Positions 29,926 to 38,690 of a DNA stretch of 64,000 nucleotides are shown here, in pieces. Under the pieces are notes generated by a model, which saw nothing but the letters and a program-made list of their open reading frames with translations, made no database searches and was not told the DNA's origin. The first letter of the stretch is position 1; every line of letters begins with the position of its first letter. Source of the stretch: a virus (lineage: Duplodnaviria > Caudoviricetes); IMG/VR virus record IMGVR_UViG_3300005330_000015, positions 32,001 to 96,000 of that record. One strand, given 5' to 3'. A program made the translations under genes and the position numbers.

Positions 29926-30681
29926 ATGAATAAACGCGAGTTTATTGCGAGGCTGCGGTGGTTTGCCTATAACCAGGGTGGCGGGCTCGAAGACGAATAT
30001 GGGCATCCAGACTACGCGCCATCACGAGGCGAGACAACTCTCGCCGCAATGTTCGCGACGTGGCTCGATGGATCCGTTCCGGACGGGGATGACTACCGAC
30101 AGTGGGTGCTCGACGTTCCGAAGTACGTCGTTGAGGCATACGCCGACTTCTCCGCCGATCCAAAATTGGAAGCCGAGCGGCTCGCTTACCGCACGGAGAC
30201 GGGGTGTGATATCCCGGATCTCGTCGATGCGCACGCGGGTGGCCTCCATCGCACGCTGGTCGCGCACAGCGTATGCCGACTGCTTCCGCTGCTCGCTAAG
30301 GCACCCTGGCTCAAAGCCATGCTGGAGTCGACGCTGGGCGCACAGATGGCGGTGATCGACCACGCGTGGCGCCGCTTCGTGCGTGTCGCCTATCGCAAGT
30401 TGATGCCGCGCATCAAGGCCGAGCGCCACCACGGCAACGCCGGCATGTTCGGCACCACCAAACTGATGACCTTCGACTGCGCCGGCCGCGTGATGTTCAC
30501 ATTTCAGCGAGACTCGGGTCAGATCACTTACGTCGCCGACGCGAGTGACATGTATGGTAACCGCTCGGGGCCGAACGCACCGGGCGCGCCGTATGCAGAA
30601 TGCGTCGCGATGATCGAGGACGTCATTGCTCACTGGGACATCGACAAGCTGCAGCCCAGCGACGCCGTGGAGATCGGATGA
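29926..30681 (+). CDS. hypothetical protein
   Basis: long ORF after promoter. Confidence 0.7.
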   Translation: MNKREFIARLRWFAYNQGGGLEDEYGHPDYAPSRGETTLAAMFATWLDGSVPDGDDYRQWVLDVPKYVVEAYADFSADPKLEAERLAYRTETGCDIPDLVDAHAGGLHRTLVAHSVCRLLPLLAKAPWLKAMLESTLGAQMAVIDHAWRRFVRVAYRKLMPRIKAERHHGNAGMFGTTKLMTFDCAGRVMFTFQRDSGQITYVADASDMYGNRSGPNAPGAPYAECVAMIEDVIAHWDIDKLQPSDAVEIG

Positions 30682-30730
30682 TCATCGCTATCACGTCAAC
30701 GTCTGCTGTGTCGAGCACTGAGGAAGCGCC

Positions 30731-30943
30731 ATGACAACCAAGATCAAGCTCACCGACCCAAAGCAGCTCGATTGGGAAGCTGCGCAGAATGCAGCTTCCG
30801 AGATTGTGAAGATCTGCCAGAACGCCGGGTTCACCGCGCCAGAAGATCTTGAAGTTCATCATGGCCATGTCGTCCGCGTGTGCGAACAGTTGAACACGAT
30901 CGTGGCCGCGCTCTGCCTCCAAGGCCCGGGTAGTGCTCCGTGA
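30731..30943 (+). CDS. hypothetical protein
   Basis: GAGGA RBS. Confidence 0.55.
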   Translation: MTTKIKLTDPKQLDWEAAQNAASEIVKICQNAGFTAPEDLEVHHGHVVRVCEQLNTIVAALCLQGPGSAP

Positions 30944-30987
30944 CCAGTCGACTTAGCGCGCACAAGAAAAGAAGGCCGGAGAAATAA

Positions 30988-32091
30988 ATGAACATCGACC
31001 TCGATAAGATCGAAGCTTACGCGCGTAGCGCAGACGGCACAGGCGACCCAGCCTTGCTCGCGCTCGTGCGTGACGTGCGAGCTGGCGATGCTTCCGCAAA
31101 GCTCACGCTCGAGCATCGGCTTGCGGTGATGCACCTGTCCGGCGACGGCGTACTGCTAGCTACACATCCGATCCGCGAGCGCGCGCTAGCGTATGCTGAA
31201 CGCGAAGGCGTGGCGCAAAGCATGGACCGTCGCATCCGCGAAGCTTACGTTGCCGGCGCAAAGGAGACTACGGTGGAGCTTGGTGCTCGTACGCGCGAGC
31301 TCGAGGAAGTAACTACCAAGCGCGATGAGCTCGCTTTGCAGAATTCGGCCCTCATGGGAGAGGTCGCAAGAGCGTTGGATCGAATCGAGCAATCCGATCG
31401 TAGTTGGCGCGAAGCCGACGCCCAGTGTGAACGCCTTGCCGCTGAGAAGCTTTCTCTGACCTCGCAGCTTGCGGCGACGCGGAGCATGCATAGCGGACGG
31501 GAAGTGGAGGATCTTCGTCGGCAGCTACATGCGCTTCTCGCTATCAATGCGAAGCTAGAGGCCGACGCCGCGCAGCGCATACGGATGAGCCCAACAACTG
31601 ACGAGATCGCCACGCTACGGGAACGCAACGCCGAGCTGGAATCAGACCTCGCGAAGCTGAGCGCGCACACAAACGACGTCAGCGGTCGCCTCGTTGCAAT
31701 GACTGACGTCGCAGCGAAGTCCTCTACCGAGGCGAGCGCGGCCCTCGAGAGAGAGGGGCGCACCAACGCCGCACTCCGCGAGGCCTATGCTCGAATCGAG
31801 TGGCTCATCGGCGACGCCATAAACCATGACCGAACGCCTAGACGTGTTGCGACGCCTATCGCGAGCGGTATGGCGCCAGATCAGATCGCCGACCGTATTC
31901 GCATAGCACGTAAGGGACCCACGTGGAATGGACTCGAGCACCCGTTCGCCGTGGCCCTTGTGGCGCTGGCCGATCTCGTGATCGATGCGATGGTGTGCGA
32001 CGAACGGCTCATTCGGTTTGCTTGGCGTGCGAGAAATGATCCTAGCGAAGCAAGTTACTGGGTTTCTCTCTGCAAGGCGGTCGAGCCATGA
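30988..32091 (+). CDS. coiled-coil protein
   Basis: long heptad-rich region; GGAG RBS. Confidence 0.65.
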   Translation: MNIDLDKIEAYARSADGTGDPALLALVRDVRAGDASAKLTLEHRLAVMHLSGDGVLLATHPIRERALAYAEREGVAQSMDRRIREAYVAGAKETTVELGARTRELEEVTTKRDELALQNSALMGEVARALDRIEQSDRSWREADAQCERLAAEKLSLTSQLAATRSMHSGREVEDLRRQLHALLAINAKLEADAAQRIRMSPTTDEIATLRERNAELESDLAKLSAHTNDVSGRLVAMTDVAAKSSTEASAALEREGRTNAALREAYARIEWLIGDAINHDRTPRRVATPIASGMAPDQIADRIRIARKGPTWNGLEHPFAVALVALADLVIDAMVCDERLIRFAWRARNDPSEASYWVSLCKAVEP

Positions 32092-32474
32092 CGACAAATA
32101 TCGGCATGGCCGTCTGCTCGTGCTCATGGCTCGGTATGATCGCTGCATCTGCGAACTGTCCAGGGTGCGGCGCTAGCCATAATTCGCGCATTGACAAGGG
32201 TAGGTACGACGCTCTTGAGGCTGTGACCGCGGATCCGCGGGCGCGCATCGAGAAGATGAGGCGCATTAGGATGGTCGAGCTAGAGCTCATCCGCACGCAC
32301 GGTAAACAACGTCCAAGCAAAGGCCAGCGCTCTAAGCCGACAGGTCGAACGATCACCATAACCGAGCGAGGGGTGATGGCACGCGATTCGTACCGCCGTA
32401 TGCTGAGCGATGCGCTGAAACGAACGTACGTCGCCGAGGCGGCGGCCCGCCATGCCAACATCGACGCGCCATGA
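32088..32474 (+). CDS. hypothetical Zn-ribbon/wHTH protein
   Basis: CSC...CPGCG; ITITERG. Confidence 0.55.
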   Translation: MTTNIGMAVCSCSWLGMIAASANCPGCGASHNSRIDKGRYDALEAVTADPRARIEKMRRIRMVELELIRTHGKQRPSKGQRSKPTGRTITITERGVMARDSYRRMLSDALKRTYVAEAAARHANIDAP

Positions 32475-32884
32475 ACGACGACACCAAGACTCCCGTAACA
32501 GTCGGCGGGCGAACGGTACGTGCAACGCTGCCGTATGTGTCGCCACCGTACAAGTTCGCGATGATCGGCGATGCTCAGGCGATCGCTATCGCGGATGACA
32601 TACTCGCGAATCCTCTGGTGCCACTTGAGCTGCGCCAGCTTTGTGAATGGGCTAAGCGCCGTGCGGATGTGCCTAAACCGTTACCGACCGGCGTACGAGT
32701 TGCGCAGCTCGGCGATCCCAAGCCGGCCATCTCCGACCTTGAGCTTCGCGACAAGGCGCGTGCCGCGGCCGGCCTGCCGTTATGTGGGCGCGCAAACGAG
32801 CCTGACGAACCGGATGAGCGATCGACATGGCGCGACCTCGATGCCGACGATCTTACGGTCGTCGCTGATATGGATAATGTATGA
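32471..32884 (+). CDS. hypothetical protein
   Basis: chained overlaps. Confidence 0.5.
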   Translation: MNDDTKTPVTVGGRTVRATLPYVSPPYKFAMIGDAQAIAIADDILANPLVPLELRQLCEWAKRRADVPKPLPTGVRVAQLGDPKPAISDLELRDKARAAAGLPLCGRANEPDEPDERSTWRDLDADDLTVVADMDNV

Positions 32885-33399
32885 GGCTCGCCGATATCGA
32901 GATGTTTCCGCGTCATCACTACGAGGTTGACGTGGCGTGGACCGAACTCGAGTGGACAATCGCGCATCACGTCGACGACGCGCGGCTGGACTTGTCGCCC
33001 GACTTCCAGCGCGGCCACGTCTGGACGATGGAACAACGGACCGCGTACGTCGAATATATCCTGCGCGGCGGCGAGGGAGGCAAGCTCCTCTCGTTCAACC
33101 GTAGCGGTTGGCTCGGCAACGGACCCGACGGTCCTTACCAGATCATTGATGGTCTGCAGCGGCTCACGACGGCTCGCATGTTCCTGCGAGATGAGATTCC
33201 AGCGTTCGGCCATGTGCGCAGCGAATTCGTTGACAATCTGCGAATGTACGCGGGGTTCAAGTGGCGCGTTTACGAGCTACCCACGCGCGCTGACGTTCTA
33301 CGCTATTACCTCGCCATGAACGCAGGGGGTACGCCACATCCGGCATCGGAGATCGAACGCGTGCGCGCGTTGTTGCTTCAAGAGGCGACGAGGCGATGA
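32881..33399 (+). CDS. stand-alone DUF262 (ParB-like, GmrS-type) domain protein
   Basis: PDFQRGHVW, IIDGLQRLTT, MNAGGTP. Confidence 0.88.
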   Translation: MRLADIEMFPRHHYEVDVAWTELEWTIAHHVDDARLDLSPDFQRGHVWTMEQRTAYVEYILRGGEGGKLLSFNRSGWLGNGPDGPYQIIDGLQRLTTARMFLRDEIPAFGHVRSEFVDNLRMYAGFKWRVYELPTRADVLRYYLAMNAGGTPHPASEIERVRALLLQEATRR

Positions 33400-33596
33400 G
33401 TCGAAGATCAAAGTGGGACCACGTGCGCGCTCTAGAGCGCCGTGCCACGTATCTGCGTGACACGGCGATCCCGCTCGGCGAAAAACAAGGTAACACTACG
33501 CTCTCATTCATGCGACGAAAACTGTCTGCGCTCGAATGGGCGATCTCGCACCTGACCGATGCACTGCTGCGGCTCGTAGAGGATAAACGATGTTGA
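33396..33596 (+). CDS. hypothetical protein
   Basis: chained overlaps. Confidence 0.55.
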   Translation: MSRRSKWDHVRALERRATYLRDTAIPLGEKQGNTTLSFMRRKLSALEWAISHLTDALLRLVEDKRC

Positions 33597-34213
33597 TCGA
33601 TAAACGCGAACGACGCACCACTGTCGAGCTTTCCGACGGTCGCACCGTTGCGCCGATGACGGAGCGCGGTAAGTGGTTGCTGCGGTTCTCGCTCGCGGAC
33701 GTTGAGTGCGCCAATGCTGAGTGGCGTTGCAACTGTGGACCGGCGGCACTTGCTGCGATATGTGGGCTAACGCTCGACGAGGTGCGTGCGCTGTTTGGGC
33801 CAAACTGGCCAGGGTATACGAACCCGACGGCGATGTTTGCTGCACTACGCGCATCGGGCGCGACACACCACGAACTTAGACGCACTAGCGCTAGTGAGCA
33901 ACTATGGCCACACTGGGGCTTGTGCCGCATTCAGTGGGATGGGCCATGGATGGCCCGGAACGTACCAGCTGTAGCGCGGTATCAGCGCACGCACTGGGTC
34001 GGCGTCTCTCGGCTGATCCTGCAAGACGGTACAGTGAGCGCGCCGAATGTCTGCATCTGGGATGTTAATCAACTAGGACCGCCGCTCAATGGTGATGGGT
34101 GGGCTCCGCTCGCGTGGTGGAGGTCTCGAGTTGTTCCGCGCCTCACGTCTGAGGTTCGTCGCGCCACCGGCGGATGGCACATCACGCACGCGATCGAGGT
34201 CGAGCGCACATGA
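33590..34213 (+). CDS. putative papain-fold (C39-like) cysteine peptidase
   Basis: NCGPAALAAI (Cys), THWVGV (His), IWDVN (Asp). Confidence 0.55.
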   Translation: MLIDKRERRTTVELSDGRTVAPMTERGKWLLRFSLADVECANAEWRCNCGPAALAAICGLTLDEVRALFGPNWPGYTNPTAMFAALRASGATHHELRRTSASEQLWPHWGLCRIQWDGPWMARNVPAVARYQRTHWVGVSRLILQDGTVSAPNVCIWDVNQLGPPLNGDGWAPLAWWRSRVVPRLTSEVRRATGGWHITHAIEVERT

Positions 34214-34473
34214 CCGAGACGATGCACGCAGAGTTTCGTGTCTTCGCTTCGTATTATGACCGCCTGCGATTCTGGCTGCATGGCGTGCGATACAGTAGTA
34301 TATTAACACAGCTTGCTAATGGCAACATCGAGGTGGCGTGCACCTGCGGAGGCGGCGCAGTGTTCGAATGGCTAGACGATAGGTCGGTCGTTGTCACATC
34401 TTCGTGTCGTCGGTGGACGCGGCTCGGAGAGCTACAGCGCGCAACTATTCCGCGCGCGAGGGCTAGCCGATGA
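34210..34473 (+). CDS. hypothetical protein
   Basis: chained overlaps. Confidence 0.5.
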   Translation: MTETMHAEFRVFASYYDRLRFWLHGVRYSSILTQLANGNIEVACTCGGGAVFEWLDDRSVVVTSSCRRWTRLGELQRATIPRARASR

Positions 34474-34829
34474 CGAAGGTCTATACCGCGCGCGTCACCT
34501 ACGCCGGTCCCGACCGGCTTGACGTTACGCGCATGAGCGCCGGACCAGAAGGTCTAGCATTCGCTCCGTCGTGGTCGATCCTGCGCCCGATGCTGCAGCG
34601 GAGGCGCGAAGACTACGTGACCGAGGCCGAATGGCTGGCGTACGCCGACGCGTACACCGCCGAGATGCGCGACTCGTATCGTGGTCAACGCGCGCGATGG
34701 GATGCGCTACTCGAGCGCGACGAGGTCACGCTGGTCTGCTACTGCATGGACGCGCGACACTGTCATCGGACGGTGCTAGCAGAGATCCTCACTAAGCTCG
34801 GCACGACGTCATGTGGAGAACGTGCATGA
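34470..34829 (+). CDS. DUF488 family protein
   Basis: FAPSWSIL...Y...YTAEM...VTLVCYC....CHRTVLA. Confidence 0.82.
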   Translation: MTKVYTARVTYAGPDRLDVTRMSAGPEGLAFAPSWSILRPMLQRRREDYVTEAEWLAYADAYTAEMRDSYRGQRARWDALLERDEVTLVCYCMDARHCHRTVLAEILTKLGTTSCGERA

Positions 34830-35038
34830 TGGCTGGCTGCTACGACCTGCGGCTAGAATGCGATGGTGAAGGTTGCGCGGCTGGAGCTTACGGCATGCGG
34901 GCAACCGGAGAGTGGAACCTCGAGCTTGGATCGGCCTGCCGAAAGGCCGCGCGCCGCGCCGGGTGGCGTTGGGACAAGGCTACCGGCATGTGTCGGTGTC
35001 CGAGTTGCGTGGCGCGTAATGCGAAGATCGTCACATGA
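34826..35038 (+). CDS. small Zn-finger protein
   Basis: CDGEGC...GW...CPSC. Confidence 0.6.
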   Translation: MMAGCYDLRLECDGEGCAAGAYGMRATGEWNLELGSACRKAARRAGWRWDKATGMCRCPSCVARNAKIVT

Positions 35039-35271
35039 TCGACCAGCGGCAAACTAGGATCGACCGGAGCCGCCGCCGCGCCATGGTCTGGATGCTACGC
35101 ACGGCCGGCGCAACGTATGCGGACATCTCGCGCGGCATGGGGATCTCGCGAAGCCGTGCTGCCGTGCTCGCGAAGGGCTACGAACGGCGCATCGCGTGGC
35201 GCGAGGTCGACGCTCGGAACTGGAACGAGCCGTGGGCTCGCCGATTGCGAGCCGCCCGTGCGATTCCATGA
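35035..35271 (+). CDS. HTH protein (sigma region-4-like)
   Basis: GATYADISRGMGISRSRA. Confidence 0.65.
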   Translation: MIDQRQTRIDRSRRRAMVWMLRTAGATYADISRGMGISRSRAAVLAKGYERRIAWREVDARNWNEPWARRLRAARAIP

Positions 35272-35786
35272 CGCTCCTTCCATGTTACCGCGCGACGTGC
35301 GATGCGCCCGGTTGCGAGGCCAGCGTGTTCTTTGCCGCGAACCGTACCCAGGCTTGTCGGAGCGAACTTCTCAGACTCGGCTGGCTCATCCTGCCGTGGC
35401 GTGTCCGCGCTGATTCGCCTGGTGCATCGCGACGCTCGTATCTGTGTCCGGAGCATCACGACGTTCGGCCGGCTGGCTGGCGTGATGAACGAGCGCGAGT
35501 GATCGTGCGACTAGCGAAGGAACGCAGGACGCGCCCGCTCAACCTTGATAACGTCGATGCTCCTACGCGACATATCGACTCCGCGCGCCGATCCGCGATG
35601 CTGTGGATGCTGGTCGAGGCCAACGGTACACAGCTGGCCGTGGCGCGCGCCGCCGGCATGACGCGACAATGGGTGAACCACGACGTCATCCGGTACGAGA
35701 CGATTTTGGAGCGTCGTCATGCTAGCGCCGAAGGTTGGCAAGAGCCATGGGCTAAGCGCCTGCGGGTAGCTGGTGCCATCAAGTGA
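35268..35786 (+). CDS. Zn-finger + HTH fusion (duplicate of the two preceding genes)
   Basis: CDAPGC...GW...CPEH then RRSAMLWML...EPWAKRLRVAGAI. Confidence 0.65.
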   Translation: MTLLPCYRATCDAPGCEASVFFAANRTQACRSELLRLGWLILPWRVRADSPGASRRSYLCPEHHDVRPAGWRDERARVIVRLAKERRTRPLNLDNVDAPTRHIDSARRSAMLWMLVEANGTQLAVARAAGMTRQWVNHDVIRYETILERRHASAEGWQEPWAKRLRVAGAIK

Positions 35787-35819
35787 CAGCACCGCCTAGG
35801 TGGCGCGAGCGCTATGCAC

Positions 35820-35848
35820 TTGACACCGTCAAACTTCGTGGCTACAGT
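35820..35848 (+). promoter_or_regulatory. leaderless sigma70-type promoter
   Basis: TTGACA-N17-TACAGT-N7-ATG with TTGACACCGTCAA palindrome. Confidence 0.8.
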
Positions 35849-35855
35849 TGTGGAC

Positions 35856-36155
35856 ATGACAATCGTGAACCTAGTCAACGATGACACCGTCATGACTGAC
35901 GAGCATCTAACTCTCGTGCTCGCAAGGTTCGACGTGATGGAGCGCCTTCGCGAGCCGGATCATAAACGTGTAATTTCAGATAGTTTGGCTGAGTTATATT
36001 ACGCTGCGCCTCATGCATCGCCGCAGACGGTACGAAAGCTGATCGAACGTGGATGGTTGAAACGCCCCGCAGCCGGGCAGGTAATTTTGACTACAGTCGG
36101 CCGCGCCCGTATCCACTCTGCCATTAACACCCGCGCGATAGGTAGTGCTAGGTGA
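35856..36155 (+). CDS. winged-helix protein with AINxRA-type tail
   Basis: TVRKLIERGWL...LTTVGRARIHSAINTRA. Confidence 0.6.
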   Translation: MTIVNLVNDDTVMTDEHLTLVLARFDVMERLREPDHKRVISDSLAELYYAAPHASPQTVRKLIERGWLKRPAAGQVILTTVGRARIHSAINTRAIGSAR

Positions 36156-36295
36156 GCCGTCGTCGGCGCGTAACCCATTCCATGGCCGGCCGTACCGGAG
36201 GCTCATGGTACGGTGGCCGCAATGGGCGCAAGATCGAGGCGCGTACTCGCATCGCAGCCGCCATCAACGCCCGCGCGAAGGAAGCGAAATCGTGA
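36152..36295 (+). CDS. small protein carrying the ARxRIAAAINARAK tail
   Basis: GTGA overlaps; 22-bp identity to 45045 and 49991. Confidence 0.55.
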   Translation: MSRRRRVTHSMAGRTGGSWYGGRNGRKIEARTRIAAAINARAKEAKS

Positions 36296-36492
36296 CGCGA
36301 ACGTACGTTCTATTCCGCTCCTCGTTCCGCTACGAATCAGCGCCCAATATCTCACACGAGACTATTGACGGTGTGCGCACACTTTGTGGCCGGCTGGTAT
36401 CCGACGCTGAAACGGTCGAACCAGACGGCAACAATCTCGATCCCGACTGCCGAATCTGTTACCGCGCGACGAAGCGCACGGGTGCAAAATGA
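36292..36492 (+). CDS. small Zn-binding protein
   Basis: H...TLCG...CRIC. Confidence 0.55.
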   Translation: MTRTYVLFRSSFRYESAPNISHETIDGVRTLCGRLVSDAETVEPDGNNLDPDCRICYRATKRTGAK

Positions 36493-36686
36493 ACGACGAA
36501 GATCGAGTCCGCCTTGCAGTAGCCGGCGCTTCGCGCATGATTGGGCCAGTCGAGCGACAACGCTGTGCCCAACACCCGAAGCGTTGGGTTGCCTACCGAT
36601 GGACGTGGCACCACGACGCGGGAATCACCGGTGGTGATATCACCGTCGTGCGCCCATGCGTCGCTTGCAACGAGGAGGCCGAGTAG
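36489..36686 (+). CDS. hypothetical protein
   Basis: ATGA overlap. Confidence 0.5.
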   Translation: MNDEDRVRLAVAGASRMIGPVERQRCAQHPKRWVAYRWTWHHDAGITGGDITVVRPCVACNEEAE

Positions 36687-36688
36687 CC

Positions 36689-36871
36689 ATGATAAAACGT
36701 CGCAAGATAACCGGCCTCGCGCAACCTCGCGGGGCCGAGCCGAAGACTGACGAGATCAAGATGCGCGCGACCTCCGCGCTCAAGGCAAGCATCGAGGCCG
36801 AGGCTACTAATCGTCGGATGACCGTGAGCGCGTGGCTCACGTGGTTGATCGAGCGCGAGCTATCGCTCTAG
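36689..36871 (+). CDS. ribbon-helix-helix DNA-binding protein
   Basis: EIKMRATSALKASIEAEA...MTVSAWLTWLIERE. Confidence 0.65.
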   Translation: MIKRRKITGLAQPRGAEPKTDEIKMRATSALKASIEAEATNRRMTVSAWLTWLIERELSL

Positions 36872-37728
36872 GTGACGTCACGCCATCGCGGAAACCCGTG
36901 CCTGAGCATCGCGGCGACGCTTGCGGGACCGCATACGCCGTCAACTACGAGCGGGCGGAACGTGTTTCCTGCTTTCGCATCGAGCGCGTTTAGCCGCCCC
37001 TGGCGCTGCTTGCCCAGCTCGAGATCTTGCCCGGCGTCGAAGTCGAGCGGCTCCGATCCGGCGAGCTCAAGCAGGCGGAATAGCTCGTCGCCGGGGTCAC
37101 CGCGCCCACGTCGGCCGGTCTGATCGCGATGCCCAAGCACCCCAGCAATATCTGCGCCGGGCGACTGGACTCCGGCGACCTCGAGCCTGCGCATCGGCTG
37201 ACCGTTGTACGCGCGCCGGTGCTGAAACGGGATCGGGAACAACCCCGCGCCGGGTCGGCCACTCATTGTGATCGCGGCGATCAATGTGACCGTCGCTTCG
37301 AGCGTGGCCTGATAGATCGCGCCGTATGGTGTCGTACACATCTCAATCCCAATGCTGGTAGGATTGATCGCCTGCGCATGGTAGGTCTCGACGCGTGCGA
37401 GGTCAGCGGCGCAGTACACGACGCCGTCAAAGTCGACGACGATGTGCGCAGCGCTGGAAATGTGCTCACCGCCTCCACGGTCGCGACCGCGCCACATATC
37501 GAGGATGTCGAGCGCGTGACCGGCCGGGCCGGCACCTGCGATCACTGGCTGAGGCCATAATCCACCCGTTGTATGCGCGATCACCATCCGAACCCAGGTC
37601 GTCGGCCGTTGCCGGTAATCCTCTGGGCCTAGCTGGCATCGCTCTGGGCCGCCATGCGAGACGGGCGGCTCGACCTTTAGGCCGGCGATCGGTACCAGCA
37701 TGCCGTTAACGAGTAAACCGCCACTCAT
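36868..37728 (-). CDS. endolysin, N-acetylmuramoyl-L-alanine amidase (Amidase_2) with C-terminal PG-binding motif
   Basis: IAHTT, AAHIVVDFDG, YHA..IN..SIGIE, LGHRD, DPG; LVVDGVCGP. Confidence 0.88.
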   Translation of the reverse strand: MSGGLLVNGMLVPIAGLKVEPPVSHGGPERCQLGPEDYRQRPTTWVRMVIAHTTGGLWPQPVIAGAGPAGHALDILDMWRGRDRGGGEHISSAAHIVVDFDGVVYCAADLARVETYHAQAINPTSIGIEMCTTPYGAIYQATLEATVTLIAAITMSGRPGAGLFPIPFQHRRAYNGQPMRRLEVAGVQSPGADIAGVLGHRDQTGRRGRGDPGDELFRLLELAGSEPLDFDAGQDLELGKQRQGRLNALDAKAGNTFRPLVVDGVCGPASVAAMLRHGFPRWRDVT

Positions 37729-38195
37729 TGCGGATCCTCCAGCACGACATCGGTGTATCGCTTCTCGATCGGGGTTCCTTCGCTAGTCGACCATGAGCCG
37801 GCGCCGCCGACCGCGTACCCACATGAGGGGCACGGTCCCGAGAACCAGTGGTGACCGGCGCCGCAAGCCACGTACGGTTCAGACTGCCAGGCGTGATGAC
37901 ACTTCGGACAGGTCGCCTTGCCGACCGTGCGCATGACCGTGCCCGATGGTCGCGTCGTGAAACCGCCGATGTTGTTGATCGAGGTCTCCTCGCGGACCTT
38001 CCAGAACATGAACGGCAGATTATCGTGTCCACCGTCTGTGCCTTCGCCTTTGAGCACACGCGAGCATCCCCACGCGCGAAACGTCTGCGCTAGCCCATGG
38101 TCGAGCGGGTAAGCCATGCCAGCACCGCACTTGCAGCGCACGGTCGCTGCGTAGAGTAGCTCCTTGTCAGTGAGCACGGGTAGTTCGGCGCTCAT
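37725..38195 (-). CDS. multi-Zn-ribbon protein
   Basis: GGAG RBS; CKCGAG, CPKC, CPSCG. Confidence 0.6.
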   Translation of the reverse strand: MSAELPVLTDKELLYAATVRCKCGAGMAYPLDHGLAQTFRAWGCSRVLKGEGTDGGHDNLPFMFWKVREETSINNIGGFTTRPSGTVMRTVGKATCPKCHHAWQSEPYVACGAGHHWFSGPCPSCGYAVGGAGSWSTSEGTPIEKRYTDVVLEDPQ

Positions 38196-38278
38196 CGCTC
38201 CCACATCCTGGCTATACAGACTAGTAGAAGTACAATGATAGCGCCGAGCACTCCGGCGAAGATCCATCCGGCATTCAC
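38192..38278 (-). CDS. 28-aa single-TM peptide (not in ORF track)
   Basis: MNAGWIFAGVLGAIIVLLLVCIARMWER with GTGA and ATGA overlaps. Confidence 0.55.
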   Translation of the reverse strand: MNAGWIFAGVLGAIIVLLLVCIARMWER

Positions 38279-38460
38279 GGTCTTGTCCTATACGCGTGTT
38301 GCGTGATCTTACGAGTCGATATAGTGGCCCGCCTTGCCATGATGGACGCGGCAAGCGCGTCATCCTCTGGTCTGACATTAGGTAGACCCGATATTAGTGA
38401 GCGTCCATACAAATACCATATAACGAGTTCATTATGGATGACTTGGCATCGTTCGCTCAT
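38275..38460 (-). CDS. hypothetical protein
   Basis: chained overlaps. Confidence 0.45.
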   Translation of the reverse strand: MSERCQVIHNELVIWYLYGRSLISGLPNVRPEDDALAASIMARRATISTRKITQHAYRTRP

Positions 38461-38690
38461 GGCTTGACCTCACGTAGGAGCTGCGCGACTCGCCTCGCGA
38501 TGCGTTCCACGTCATCATCGGCTAGCTTCGTCTGGACCGGCACAAGAGGCACGTAAGTCGGAGGCGCGTACGTCGGTTGGTACCCAGGCCATGGGTTGAA
38601 CGGGCCGATGATGCATGCCGTGGTAATTGCGCCACCACAAGTGTTACCGAATGCCGCCGGTTGATTGCCTGGGCTCGACCAGTCCATCAC
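38457..38690 (-). CDS. hypothetical protein
   Basis: chained overlaps. Confidence 0.5.
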   Translation of the reverse strand: MMDWSSPGNQPAAFGNTCGGAITTACIIGPFNPWPGYQPTYAPPTYVPLVPVQTKLADDDVERIARRVAQLLREVKP

